Shown piece after piece: positions 1 to 9,441 of a stretch of DNA of 33,158 nucleotides (within the stretch, counting starts at the first letter, position 1; the number at the start of each line of letters is the position of its first letter). The DNA comes from Nitrospira sp. (lineage in GTDB: Bacteria > Nitrospirota > Nitrospiria > Nitrospirales > Nitrospiraceae). The DNA lies in NCBI GenBank assembly GCA_046714015.1, contig JBKKBQ010000265.1:1-33158 (forward strand), read 5' to 3'. The position numbers were made by a program, and so were the translations under genes. The notes beneath the pieces are model-generated. The model was given only the letters and a program-made list of their open reading frames with translations, was not told the origin of the DNA and made no database searches.

Positions 1-963
1 CCTCCCATAAACGAAATTTTCTTCCGCCCCACCCGCTCTCGTAGCCACAATAGGAAAGCCTACGGTAATTGCCTCTAACAACAAGCGTGGCAATCCCTCC
101 CAATGAGATGTCAGGAGAAATGCGTCAAGAGCCTGCATTACGTTGGGAACATCGCGCCGCCAACCAGTTAGGTAACATCGACCGTCCAATCCGTATTTCC
201 GAATCAGTGCCTCAACCTGGGGGCGCAATTCTCCGTCTCCAATCAAAACGAACCGAGCGTGAGGCACTGCATCGCAAACGTGCTTGGCCACCGCAATAAA
301 ATCTTGTGGAGCTTTTTGTGGTTTGAGGCAGGCGACGGTCCCCACTAGCCAGTGGTCCGATGCGGCCCCGAGCTCTGCCCGTAGTGTTGTACGTGTTTGG
401 GAGTCGAGTTGCTTGAGAAATGGCGTCGGATCGATACCTGGACGGATCAGCGATACCTCGTCACATCGAAACAGTCGCCAAGCTATTCCCTTGGTAAGAT
501 CGACCTGCGACACAGCAATCCAATGTGTTGTGATCAGGCCGGTCAATCGTTCAAGCAGGATGAGCCAGAGTTGGAGCCACCAAGGCTGCTTCGGGGTGAT
601 ACCATAACCATGAATCGTGTGAATGATGACAGGCACTCCTGCAAGCCAGGCAGCCAAACGACCGAGAATTCCTGCTTTAGAGCTATGTGTATGAACGATT
701 GATGGCTGAATCCGTTTAAAATGTCGAAACAAGTGGATGAGTGCTTTGCAGTCATGCCAGGGATTAATTGAGCGACCAAGTGAAGGGACGATCGAAAGTT
801 CAACATCAGGCAGTGCCTCGGCCTCCTTGGTCAGGAGTCCACCAGGGCCTGAAACAAGAGCGGCGTGAAATCGAGCACGGTCGAGATGCGCGACGGTGTA
901 CAGCGCGACCTCTTGGGCGCCACCTAATTCGAGTTTGGTAATGACATGGCAGACGGTCTTCAC
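1..963 (-). CDS. GT4 (GT-B) glycosyltransferase, 3' end truncated by the window edge; absent from the supplied ORF track
   Basis: Manual translation from GTG at 963 is open to position 1: MKTVCHVITKLELGGAQEVALY...VHTHSSKAGILGRLAAWLAGVPVIIHTIHG...VACLKPQKAPQDF...IGDGELR...SHWEGLPRLLLEA (E-x7-E motif). The start lies 8 nt after the stop of the upstream oxidoreductase. Confidence 0.92.
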   Translation of the reverse strand, partial: MKTVCHVITKLELGGAQEVALYTVAHLDRARFHAALVSGPGGLLTKEAEALPDVELSIVPSLGRSINPWHDCKALIHLFRHFKRIQPSIVHTHSSKAGILGRLAAWLAGVPVIIHTIHGYGITPKQPWWLQLWLILLERLTGLITTHWIAVSQVDLTKGIAWRLFRCDEVSLIRPGIDPTPFLKQLDSQTRTTLRAELGAASDHWLVGTVACLKPQKAPQDFIAVAKHVCDAVPHARFVLIGDGELRPQVEALIRKYGLDGRCYLTGWRRDVPNVMQALDAFLLTSHWEGLPRLLLEAITVGFPIVATRAGGAEENFVYGR

Positions 964-971
964 TGTCAGAC

Positions 972-2300
972 CTACGCCGACACGCGATACGAGGCTTGTG
1001 TGCGTAGCCGCTCCGCCAACTGCTTCCCCTGCCCAATCGCGTCTTCCATCGAGGTATGTTCCCACCGCCCATAGCGTCCGATCGAGTAAATGCCTCGGCG
1101 TTCGAGCTCAGCTTGAATCGCCGGCACTGCCTTAGCACGATGGCGGTCAAAGTACACATACGCGTAGTGCAGATTCTTAACGTCAGAGACGACAAGTTCA
1201 TCGGTGGTTTGTAAGATGCCGGCACGCTCTAGTCCTAGCCGGGCGTGTTCGACCAGTTGTTCCTCGGACTGATGCTCCGTAGGTCGGTGGGAGATCTCGA
1301 CGTACATTGAACTGCAACCAGGCCGTCCCAACGACGGAGAAAAATTCATAGGGAATCCGACTCGGTAAAAGGGGTACTCCGATTCAGGGAAATACAGCCA
1401 GTGTTTATCGGAGACCTGTTCACGAGCCACAGCCATGTTGAGGTTATACACCGATACCCACCGCAGTCCTTCCGCTGCTTCTTTGAGATGCGCTGGAAAA
1501 TCGAGACATCGACGCACGAGTTCTGGGACTGGAATGGTTGAGACCAGCGACTCATAGTGTTGGGTGATGCTCGCTCCGTTGCGTTGATTACGGAAGAGTG
1601 CTTGCCGACGTTTGATATCGACTTCCATCAATTCCATGTCGTTGGCCACACCCGCAATGCCCGGCAGGAAGGACTCCGGCAGTGCCCTGATACCGTCCGC
1701 AGCAGGATAGAGGAACGATGGATTGTAGCCGAAGGCTTTGTCTTTGATGCCTAATGCGCCATTGATCACGTCCTTTAACTCCGGCTTGGGCACCAGCCAC
1801 GACACCCAATCTGAAGTGAGTTCATCCAAGGACACCTTCCACAGTTTTTCGTTGAACGGGACCATGAAATGTTTGGCCATCCCCTCCCCAAGATTGTCTA
1901 GAATCCACTGCTTGAAAGAACGGTCTTTCGGGTCAATGGTTGGTGCCGGACGTAGTAGCGTGGTAATGAACCCCATCAGGCACTCGTGCACGACTTCAGG
2001 CGGAAGGCCGTGGGTGTTCACCTGAAATGGATATTCCGTGTACGTCTGGTGTGAGTAGATGAACGATTTTCGGCTGTGTTTCTGGAGTTTTTCGGCGAGT
2101 AAATGCTCCACCAATGCCTTGATCTGCGGCTGGCGGAAATGTAGCAGGTGCCCGGTGTAGTCGAATGTAAACCCATCCTTACGATAGGATCGGCACAGAC
2201 CGCCCACATCAGACTCGCGCTCATAGAGTCGGTATGGAATTCCGGTGAGATGATAGGCTGTACTCAACCCGGCGAGGCCGGCGCCGACGATCAGAATCAT
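972..2300 (-). CDS. FAD-dependent oxidoreductase, UDP-galactopyranose mutase-like (family often annotated as protoporphyrinogen/amine oxidase)
   Basis: N-terminal dinucleotide-binding motif MILIVGAGLAGLS, then GGLCRS...GFTFDYTGH, YPFQ, FMVPFNEKLW, WLYFPE..YPFYR and C-terminal GRYGRW. True start is the ATG at 2300, an ATGA overlap with the upstream stop at 2297; the track's 2567 start is an upstream extension. Confidence 0.8.
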   Translation of the reverse strand: MILIVGAGLAGLSTAYHLTGIPYRLYERESDVGGLCRSYRKDGFTFDYTGHLLHFRQPQIKALVEHLLAEKLQKHSRKSFIYSHQTYTEYPFQVNTHGLPPEVVHECLMGFITTLLRPAPTIDPKDRSFKQWILDNLGEGMAKHFMVPFNEKLWKVSLDELTSDWVSWLVPKPELKDVINGALGIKDKAFGYNPSFLYPAADGIRALPESFLPGIAGVANDMELMEVDIKRRQALFRNQRNGASITQHYESLVSTIPVPELVRRCLDFPAHLKEAAEGLRWVSVYNLNMAVAREQVSDKHWLYFPESEYPFYRVGFPMNFSPSLGRPGCSSMYVEISHRPTEHQSEEQLVEHARLGLERAGILQTTDELVVSDVKNLHYAYVYFDRHRAKAVPAIQAELERRGIYSIGRYGRWEHTSMEDAIGQGKQLAERLRTQASYRVSA

Positions 2301-3346
2301 GCTGCACGCCTTCTTTCTTCCAAGGAAGTTTCCGCACCTGATGATCCTGGTTTTCTGACTTCGATTCGTTTTAGAGTCAGCGTTGCGGTAAGTAGAGCGC
2401 CAATGGTTCCAAGACAGAGCATCCACGCGACCTGATGATCGACCATCATCAGCATGAGCCCCACCCCTCCGACCACGCCAGTTGCAGCGTAACTGACTAG
2501 CACGACTTGTTGGACCGACATGCCCCAATGCCGGAGTCGAATCGCAATATGGTCGGGGCTCCCCCAAAATATCGGCAGGCCCCGTTGATAACGGATATAC
2601 ATGACGAAGAGAGTATCAAAGATTGGAATCCCCAAGATAAACACGGGGGTCAGCAGTGACACCGGATGGTCGCTCGGATATTTACCGATCATTGCCATGG
2701 CGCCGAGTAGCAGGCCAATGAACATGGCACCCGTATCACCCATGTAGATCCGAGCCGGCTGCCAGTTATATTTCAGAAAACCCACAAGGCTTCCAATCAA
2801 TGCGGCCAACATGAATGCGACGACCTGATCACCTTGGAGTAAGGCTGCGATAAGCAAACCTGCTGCGCTGAGCGTACCTACCCCGGCCGAAAGGCCATCC
2901 ATGATATCCAACAAGTTAAAAGCATTGATGAGCCCGACCATCCAAAATACTGTCAGGGTAAGATCCAGCCATTCCGGCAGCGCCGCGATTTGGATGCGAA
3001 TCCCGCTTTTGATCAGTACGAATACTGCGAGGAGCTGGCCGATCAGCTTGGTCGTGGGGGTGAGCACGCCAAAATCGTCGATCAGCCCCAGCATGACGAC
3101 AATTGTTCCGCCAAGGATGATGCCCAGCACGTCCTGTCGAAACTCAAATGTGAAAGCCAGACTCATGAGAAACGCCAGGTAAATTGCCAACCCGCCGAAA
3201 TACGGTACTGGTTCCTTCTGGTGTTTTAGATGTCCGTCAGGAGCATCAACAATGCCGAACTTCAGCGCCGCCTGCCTGGCAATAGGGACACCGTACAGGG
3301 ACAGCAACAGCGACAGGGCGAATGTCAGGCAAAGTAAATACGTCAC
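2297..3346 (-). CDS. Undecaprenyl-phosphate GlcNAc-1-phosphate transferase, WecA/TagO-like (MraY/Glycos_transf_4 family); initiating transferase
   Basis: Polytopic hydrophobic protein with VDAPDGHLKHQKEPVPYFGGLAI, GLIDD, INAFNLLDIMDGLS, IYMGDTGAMFIG and PIFDT motifs. Confidence 0.9.
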   Translation of the reverse strand: MTYLLCLTFALSLLLSLYGVPIARQAALKFGIVDAPDGHLKHQKEPVPYFGGLAIYLAFLMSLAFTFEFRQDVLGIILGGTIVVMLGLIDDFGVLTPTTKLIGQLLAVFVLIKSGIRIQIAALPEWLDLTLTVFWMVGLINAFNLLDIMDGLSAGVGTLSAAGLLIAALLQGDQVVAFMLAALIGSLVGFLKYNWQPARIYMGDTGAMFIGLLLGAMAMIGKYPSDHPVSLLTPVFILGIPIFDTLFVMYIRYQRGLPIFWGSPDHIAIRLRHWGMSVQQVVLVSYAATGVVGGVGLMLMMVDHQVAWMLCLGTIGALLTATLTLKRIEVRKPGSSGAETSLEERRRAA

Positions 3347-3394
3347 AATACACTCACCGGTTCATCATCGATCGGGTGGCCTATCTCTGCTGTA

Positions 3395-4510
3395 TCAAGC
3401 ACGGACAAGGCAAGCCTCGTAGACTTGCTCGTGTCTCCGTACGACTCCTGATATGCCGAATTGCCTTTGCGCTCGATCTTGTCCCTTAATCCCCATGTGT
3501 CTAGCTTGCTCGGAATCAGCCAAGAGACCCTCAATTGCATCGGCTAGGGAGGCGCTATTCCCAGGTTCTACTAAGACGCCGGTTTCACCGGGGACGACGA
3601 ATTCCGGAATGCCGCCCACGTGGGTGGCAATGACCGGCTTACCCGCGGCCATCGCCTCAAGAATCGCAATGCCGAATCCTTCGTACAAGGACGACAATAC
3701 GAACACATCGAGCGAATGGAGCACCCGCGGAATATCCCGCCTGGTCCCAGCAAAGACCACCCAGGCGGTGAGGCCTAACCGCTCACACAACTCTTCGAGC
3801 ATGCTTCGAGAAGGTCCATCGCCAACGATCAGCAGTTGGCATGGTGGCTTTCCGTGGCGATGTTTCAGCTCCCCCATGGCTTTGAGCAATACGCTCAGGC
3901 CTTTCTTAGGCTCTACCAATCGACACACAGTTCCAATAACGAGCCCTTCCTCTCGAAGCCCCAACTCTTGCCGCGTCGCAGCCTCGGCGTTCTTCAGGTA
4001 GTCCACATCGACCCCGAAAGGAATGATCGTACAGCGGTTGCCCGTCTCTCCAATTTGCAAGTCCACCGAACGGCGGACGGCTTCAGAACAACACACGATT
4101 GTCTGTGTCCATTGCAGTGTCAGCCGATCCAGGAGGCGCATGAGCCGCCCCTCACTGACGACTTCATCATGATAGGATGAAATCACGGGAAACGCCCGCA
4201 AAATGCGTCCGCATGCACGGGCGGCAACATTCGCCCAAAACAAGAACGCCTGGATCACATCGGGCTGCTCCGTCTGAAGCACTTTGAAGAGCCTGATCAA
4301 AACTCGAACATCGAGTTTCCCTGCCCCATCGAGGGATATCACTTTGACACCGCGTGACTGTAGTTCCCCGGCCACCGCTCCGCCGGACTTCATGGCACAT
4401 ACTATGATGTCGAATCGAGACCGATCAATCCGTGACGCCAATTCAAGCACGTGTGTTTCCGTTCCGCCGACTTCCAGGCCGATCGCCAGGAGCATGACCT
4501 TAGCTGGCAT
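3395..4510 (-). CDS. GT4 glycosyltransferase
   Basis: GGTETHVLEL N-terminus, CRLVEPKKG, IVGDGP, SLYEGFGIAILEAMAAGKPVIATHVGGIPE (E-x7-E). Confidence 0.93.
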   Translation of the reverse strand: MPAKVMLLAIGLEVGGTETHVLELASRIDRSRFDIIVCAMKSGGAVAGELQSRGVKVISLDGAGKLDVRVLIRLFKVLQTEQPDVIQAFLFWANVAARACGRILRAFPVISSYHDEVVSEGRLMRLLDRLTLQWTQTIVCCSEAVRRSVDLQIGETGNRCTIIPFGVDVDYLKNAEAATRQELGLREEGLVIGTVCRLVEPKKGLSVLLKAMGELKHRHGKPPCQLLIVGDGPSRSMLEELCERLGLTAWVVFAGTRRDIPRVLHSLDVFVLSSLYEGFGIAILEAMAAGKPVIATHVGGIPEFVVPGETGVLVEPGNSASLADAIEGLLADSEQARHMGIKGQDRAQRQFGISGVVRRHEQVYEACLVRA

Positions 4511-5885
4511 GGGCCGCTATCTCCGTCGCACGCGCTGAAGAGCAGAGAATTTCTTCATACCAATCCAAATAAACCTGGACCTGCCTAGCCAGATCGAACC
4601 GGTCCTTCGCGAATTGCGCCGCCTCCGCCGACATCACGCGATGACGGTCCGCCTGGGTCAGAAGGAGTCTAGCCTGACGGGCCATGGAGTCGGGATCTCC
4701 GGCCGGAACAAGAAAGCCAGATCGGCCTTCGACGATCTGCTCGGGAATGCCTCCTACTGCAGTTGCGATGACCGGCGTTCCACACGCCGCAGCTTCCATC
4801 ACGGTGTTTGGATAGGTGTCGGCACGAGCCGCGTGCAGGTACACGTCGGCGGCTTGATAGTACAAAGCAACCCGCTGCGGGTCCTGCTCATACGGAACAA
4901 ATTGCACCTTGGCGGAACCGATGGTCTCCGTTTCCGCTTCGTCACCCAACGCGAGAAGCAGAAGCCGGTGGTCTTTCATCACCGCCGCCATCGTCAACAG
5001 AGCGTGCCGCAACGTCCGGTAGTCTTTCCATACGTTGTCTTTGATCCCATTTGCCGCAAACAGCAGAATATTTGCGTGAGGTTCCAGTCCAAGGCTGGCC
5101 CGTGCGTGCTGCTTCTCGGCTGGAACAAAAATTGACAGATCAACGCCATTTGGGATGACTCGTCGTTCGACACTTGTCAGACTTAGAATCGACGCGTCCA
5201 CCTTTTCCATCAGCCAGCGTGATGGTGTCGCGACAAACAATCTACTGCCGGAATAGATATTTCGTTTCCGGCGCCAGTTGTGCGCCGTACCATCGCGAGC
5301 AATCGACGGATAGATGGTCAAATCAGGACATTCACCACAGCCAGTTTTCCATCGGTCACACTCGAACGAATGTGCGCAGTGCCCGCTGAGCAGCCACGCG
5401 TCATGGAGCGTCACAACCGTCGGCACCGCCCTGCTGATCTTCGGCAGCATGGAGAGATCGAAGAAACCACGATCCTTCAACCATCCGCCATGCAAGTTAT
5501 GGCAATGGAGGATATCTGGTGGAGCCGACAACCGATCCAACATATGAGCGGTTGCGGGAAAATCGAAATCTTCGCGACCCATGATTCGGTCACGTGCTCG
5601 TCGGGGTTGCCCGACCATGAAGCGGAGGGCGCCTTGCATCAGTCTAAGCCCACGAACCGGCCCCAGAGACTCCTCCAACCTGTCGGCCAATCCAGCCCAG
5701 CCTCGGCTCCAGACACTTCGATATTCTTCGTGCTTCAACTCATGGATGTCCGGATCTTGGCTCCGCTTGAATCCAACCAGCATCGAAGAAGAATGTCCTC
5801 TCCGTCGGTAGGCCTGGAACAGTTGCCACGCCACCGACTCAGCCCCCCCAGCTTTGTCTGCTGTGTTCACTTGCAGGATGCGCAT
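4500..5885 (-). CDS. GT4 glycosyltransferase, WcaC-like, with a Cys-rich insert
   Basis: GGAE N-terminus, HNLHG, TLHDAWLLSGHCAHSFECDRWKTGCGECP, IPNGVD, ADTYPNTVMEAAACGTPVIATAVGGIPE. Confidence 0.9.
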   Translation of the reverse strand: MRILQVNTADKAGGAESVAWQLFQAYRRRGHSSSMLVGFKRSQDPDIHELKHEEYRSVWSRGWAGLADRLEESLGPVRGLRLMQGALRFMVGQPRRARDRIMGREDFDFPATAHMLDRLSAPPDILHCHNLHGGWLKDRGFFDLSMLPKISRAVPTVVTLHDAWLLSGHCAHSFECDRWKTGCGECPDLTIYPSIARDGTAHNWRRKRNIYSGSRLFVATPSRWLMEKVDASILSLTSVERRVIPNGVDLSIFVPAEKQHARASLGLEPHANILLFAANGIKDNVWKDYRTLRHALLTMAAVMKDHRLLLLALGDEAETETIGSAKVQFVPYEQDPQRVALYYQAADVYLHAARADTYPNTVMEAAACGTPVIATAVGGIPEQIVEGRSGFLVPAGDPDSMARQARLLLTQADRHRVMSAEAAQFAKDRFDLARQVQVYLDWYEEILCSSARATEIAAHAS

Positions 5886-5903
5886 AGCAACAGTTCCGCC
5901 CGC

Positions 5904-6812
5904 TTAGACGGTAAACCCGTTGATGATATTCCAGTTCTTCTCGGTCCACACCAGTACACGGGACGGATATACGATTCCCGTCCTGAACAGCGCCGCCTGC
6001 ACAGGTTTGGGCCATGGAGCCAGTGAATACTGACGGCCTACTTTCCAGATGGCATTCCGGGTGAAACTCTCAAGCTTTCCGATGGGCCAATACCCCTTCC
6101 TCCGTAGCACGGTCTCGGCCTCGTCCATGTATTGCTCTCGACACAGCACCGATTTCTGCGCACCATGAGAACGAAATCCTCCGAGCAACGCTCCAACCCC
6201 AACGAGTTCGGCATGATCGTAGAACCTGGCCCACAGCTCAAAATCTGCCGCCAGACTGAGCGAGGTCTCCAATCGCCCTCCCGCGCGCTCCCATAACGAC
6301 CGCCGCCAAAAGGTCGATTCCTGTTGGATCCATCGTCTACCATGCGAGCCCCTCGCAGGGAAATTCCCTCCCCGCACAAAGGACAACCGACTGAATCCAC
6401 CCGTAAAATCCACCGCTACCGCCTGACCATGCTGATTCCAGCTGATCGGATGCACGCTGGTGATCCACTCGATATGCGGGAATGCCGAGAAGATGTCAGC
6501 AACCACCGTAAAGGTCCATGGTGTATATTTATCATCACTGTTCAACCATGCCATGATTTCTCCCGTCGTCCGCGCGAATCCATTATTAATAGCATCGTAT
6601 TGCCCGCCATCCGGTTCGCTAACCCAATATGTCAATTGGCTTTGGTAACGACGTATGATGTCGACACTTCCATCCGACGATCCACCGTCGATGACCACGT
6701 ACTCGAGTTTGGGATAGTTTTGGTTGAGAACGGATTCCATCGTTTCCGCCAGAAACTGAGCCTGGTTATATGACGGAGTCACGATCGCAATAGAGGGGCG
6801 GTCGTCAGGCAT
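5904..6812 (-). CDS. GT2 (GT-A) glycosyltransferase
   Basis: IAIVTPSYNQAQFLAETMESVLNQ, IDGGSSDGS, EPDGGQYDAINNGF, WLNSDD (DxD-like), ADFELW. Start ATG 6812 chosen because it overlaps the upstream stop by 8 nt; the track start is 6836. Confidence 0.92.
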   Translation of the reverse strand: MPDDRPSIAIVTPSYNQAQFLAETMESVLNQNYPKLEYVVIDGGSSDGSVDIIRRYQSQLTYWVSEPDGGQYDAINNGFARTTGEIMAWLNSDDKYTPWTFTVVADIFSAFPHIEWITSVHPISWNQHGQAVAVDFTGGFSRLSFVRGGNFPARGSHGRRWIQQESTFWRRSLWERAGGRLETSLSLAADFELWARFYDHAELVGVGALLGGFRSHGAQKSVLCREQYMDEAETVLRRKGYWPIGKLESFTRNAIWKVGRQYSLAPWPKPVQAALFRTGIVYPSRVLVWTEKNWNIINGFTV

Positions 6813-7373
6813 GGGACTTCCGTTGGAAAAGTTCATCCAGATGGCGCTCTATCTGCTGATTTTGCGTGGGACGTTGTGCAGGGGTCGCATAAAAGTCCTG
6901 TCGGCGGAACAACCCCTGTTCCTTTACAAACATTACATCCGGCTGCGAGAGCGCCTGATCGAGATGGCGATACTGCAGTCCGACGATGTCATACGGCACA
7001 AAACCTCGTTTTTGCATGAACAGAATGACATCGACGCAGTCCGGTCCATTCTGGAAAAACTTGAAAAAAGACACTTCGAGGACGACGAGTTCGCATTCAG
7101 GCAAGCTTCTTTGCGCTCCTCTCGACGCATCCAGTTCAGGTCCCTGCACATCCAGATTCAGCAGAAATGGCTTCCTCGCGCCAGTTTTCGCTACGACAGC
7201 GTCGATGGTCATCGACGGGACGGGGAGAATGAACCGAATGCGTCGCCCACGTCAATCACAGTTCCGGGAACGAACCTGACCCGTTTCACCAGTTCAAGCA
7301 CTTGCGGTATTGCACTTCTGGTCCCGGCTGTTACCAACTCTGAATACCTGCGTCGCACTTTCAGTTCGAGCAT
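6805..7373 (-). pseudogene. FkbM-family methyltransferase pseudogene (internal deletion plus frameshift)
   Basis: 5' fragment 7373..7209 (54 aa, GGGGAG RBS, not in the track): MLELKVRRR...FVPGTVIDVGDAFGSFSPSRR*. 3' fragment 7212..6805 in another frame: (VPS)MTIDAVV...PFLLNLDVQGPELDASRGA...LEVSFF...GFVPYDI. The central part of the FkbM domain that normally separates these motifs is absent. Confidence 0.8.
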
Positions 7374-7407
7374 CTCGTCTCCCCGCTTTGCCTACAATTT
7401 CGTGAAC

Positions 7408-8484
7408 TCACTGGGAATAGTGTGCGTCCTCCGTCAGCCCCACCCACCAGGACTTCAAGGTACGTTCAAACCGGTCCACGTCCCAATTTCTCACGACAAA
7501 TCTCGGCAATTGAAATTGGTCAGTCCCCCGTGTCACACATTCAGGAATATTCGAACAGGCCAGCTCGAAGCCTTGCTCCCTAACAATGGCTGATGTCTCC
7601 TCGTTGTAATCCGATCTCGTCCCGAAGGGATAGGCAAAACTCTTTACCGGACGGGCAAGAAGGCCCTCGAGGCATTGCTTGCTCTGCTTTATCTCCAGGC
7701 GTTGCGAATCAATGGGCAATTGGGCCAGCACAGGATGCGATTCGGTATGCGCGCCGACCTCTACCCAGGGTCCCAAGGCAAGCGATTGCACCTCTTCCCT
7801 TGTTAGTGTGCGACATGCCTGGTTGAGCACCTGTCTGGCGCCCGCCCAATCCCGAATAGCGCGAAGCGTCTCTTGCCGCTCTGGCTGCGCCATCGGCCTC
7901 AGCAGCGTGCAGAGCGCACGATAGACTCGATGACGGCTGGTGGGATCGTCCTTTCGAAGGACATTCCAATCCTGGTGGACTTCGAATTGTTGTGGGCTGT
8001 ACGAAGCATCTGACTCAATATCCCATTCATAGGTGCGCCCCTGCACCGTCAACCGGAGAAGCGTCGGAAGAGACGACGGATGGAGACAAAGGCTTTCCAG
8101 CTCATCCCACCAGAACTGTTCGGTACCACCGAGATACCCGCTTGTCACGAAAATGGTGGCCGGGATCCTCGAGGCCTCAAGAATCGGTTTGGCATAGATC
8201 AAATTATCCGCATATCCATCATCGAACGTCACCGCGACGAATGGCCTCTCCGGTGATGGCGACTGGCCAATCTGGCTCAGCAGATCATGGAGACTGACCA
8301 CCTCACAATGCTCTGACAAATACGCCATCTGCGCGGAAAACCTCCGACGGCTCACCGCCAGTAGTTGAGGATCGCTCCGAAGATCGGCGACTCGATGATA
8401 AATCAGGATTAACCCGACCGGACGTGGTTGATTCCACATTCTCCCTAATCTGGCTCGCACTGCTGAGACGCCGGGTATTCTCAT
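7408..8484 (-). CDS. Polysaccharide deacetylase (CE4/NodB family), no obvious signal peptide
   Basis: ILIYHRV, VTFDDGYADN, IPATIFV, VGAHTESHP, FAYPFG, LPRF motifs. Start ATG 8484 chosen over the track's 8550. Confidence 0.9.
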   Translation of the reverse strand: MRIPGVSAVRARLGRMWNQPRPVGLILIYHRVADLRSDPQLLAVSRRRFSAQMAYLSEHCEVVSLHDLLSQIGQSPSPERPFVAVTFDDGYADNLIYAKPILEASRIPATIFVTSGYLGGTEQFWWDELESLCLHPSSLPTLLRLTVQGRTYEWDIESDASYSPQQFEVHQDWNVLRKDDPTSRHRVYRALCTLLRPMAQPERQETLRAIRDWAGARQVLNQACRTLTREEVQSLALGPWVEVGAHTESHPVLAQLPIDSQRLEIKQSKQCLEGLLARPVKSFAYPFGTRSDYNEETSAIVREQGFELACSNIPECVTRGTDQFQLPRFVVRNWDVDRFERTLKSWWVGLTEDAHYSQ

Positions 8485-8621
8485 ACCTTGAGTACGCGTA
8501 ATTTGGGATGAGCTTCCCTCTGGTGACCCAAGCACCACGAGCGGCCACACTGAAGAAACAAATACTCAGACGCGGACTATCGACGAAGAAAAAGACGCTG
8601 CTCAGAGCCACCCCAAAGACC

Positions 8622-9437
8622 CTATGACCTGTTTCGGAATACCGTTATGGCATCCCTGGGAATAATCCCAAGATCCAATGAAATCACTTGTAGGTCAAGG
8701 GCTTTCAGGAATCGCTCCATCAGCTGGGGGCACATGGTTCCAAATGCGCAGAATGAGGCCCTCTGCCGGACATTTCCTTCCAAATCCGCCTCAAACTGGC
8801 GCCACCCGATCGGCGTGATGGCCGAGGCATAGTGGATCACACCGAGACCTCCTGCCTTGAGAAGGGGCTTGATCTGACGCAAGTACCAGAACACCAGTCG
8901 CGGTTCGAAATGCACGAACACGTCGAATGACGCCACGAAATCTAGACTTCCTGGCTTGAGCGGCGGCAGAGTCATACCATCCGTTATATAGGTGCGTAGC
9001 GATTCCATCTTCCCGAACCGCGTCCGTAGTCGCTCCAGCATCCCCTCGGAAGGATCAGCGGCATGCAAGAGACCTGTCCTGGGCAGCAACAGGGAAGTGA
9101 ACCGCCCGCCTCCAGGACCAATCTCGAGCCCTTCGTTGCATTGAGCTGGAAAGTACTTGTCGAGGATTTCTCGCTCCAGAAAGCGGGGGAAGTTTTGGAT
9201 CGTCGACTGGTCCACGCCATACGTTGTGCCTTGGATGCTTATATCCTCGCCGGTCCATTCGTCGCCAAGATGGGTCACCGTACTGCCTGGCACGACACGA
9301 AATTCCTTCGCCTTCCAATTCTTCGCGTACCTATCCCACCCCTTGGCAATCATCTGCGGTTCCCCGGCAGTCTTCTCCGAAGTCGACGGTCGCCCCCACA
9401 TCAAAATCGGCTTCATGAATCTGTCCAGTACACCCAT
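8622..9437 (-). CDS. Class I SAM-dependent methyltransferase
   Basis: GLEIGPGGGRFT (motif I), ADPSEGML, LDFVASFDVFVH, LKAGGLGVIH. Start ATG 9437 with GGGAG upstream, 4 nt after the preceding gene's stop. Confidence 0.85.
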   Translation of the reverse strand: MGVLDRFMKPILMWGRPSTSEKTAGEPQMIAKGWDRYAKNWKAKEFRVVPGSTVTHLGDEWTGEDISIQGTTYGVDQSTIQNFPRFLEREILDKYFPAQCNEGLEIGPGGGRFTSLLLPRTGLLHAADPSEGMLERLRTRFGKMESLRTYITDGMTLPPLKPGSLDFVASFDVFVHFEPRLVFWYLRQIKPLLKAGGLGVIHYASAITPIGWRQFEADLEGNVRQRASFCAFGTMCPQLMERFLKALDLQVISLDLGIIPRDAITVFRNRS

Positions 9438-9441
9438 GGTC

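Noticed and set aside
972-2300. Annotation as heme-pathway protoporphyrinogen oxidase (hemY)
   Set aside because: Its context is purely glycan biosynthesis, and its internal motifs fit a UGM-like mutase better.
6811-7593. 260-aa plus-strand ORF spanning the FkbM pseudogene
   Set aside because: It has no recognisable motif and lies antisense to sequence with clear FkbM and deacetylase motifs; best explained as a shadow ORF.
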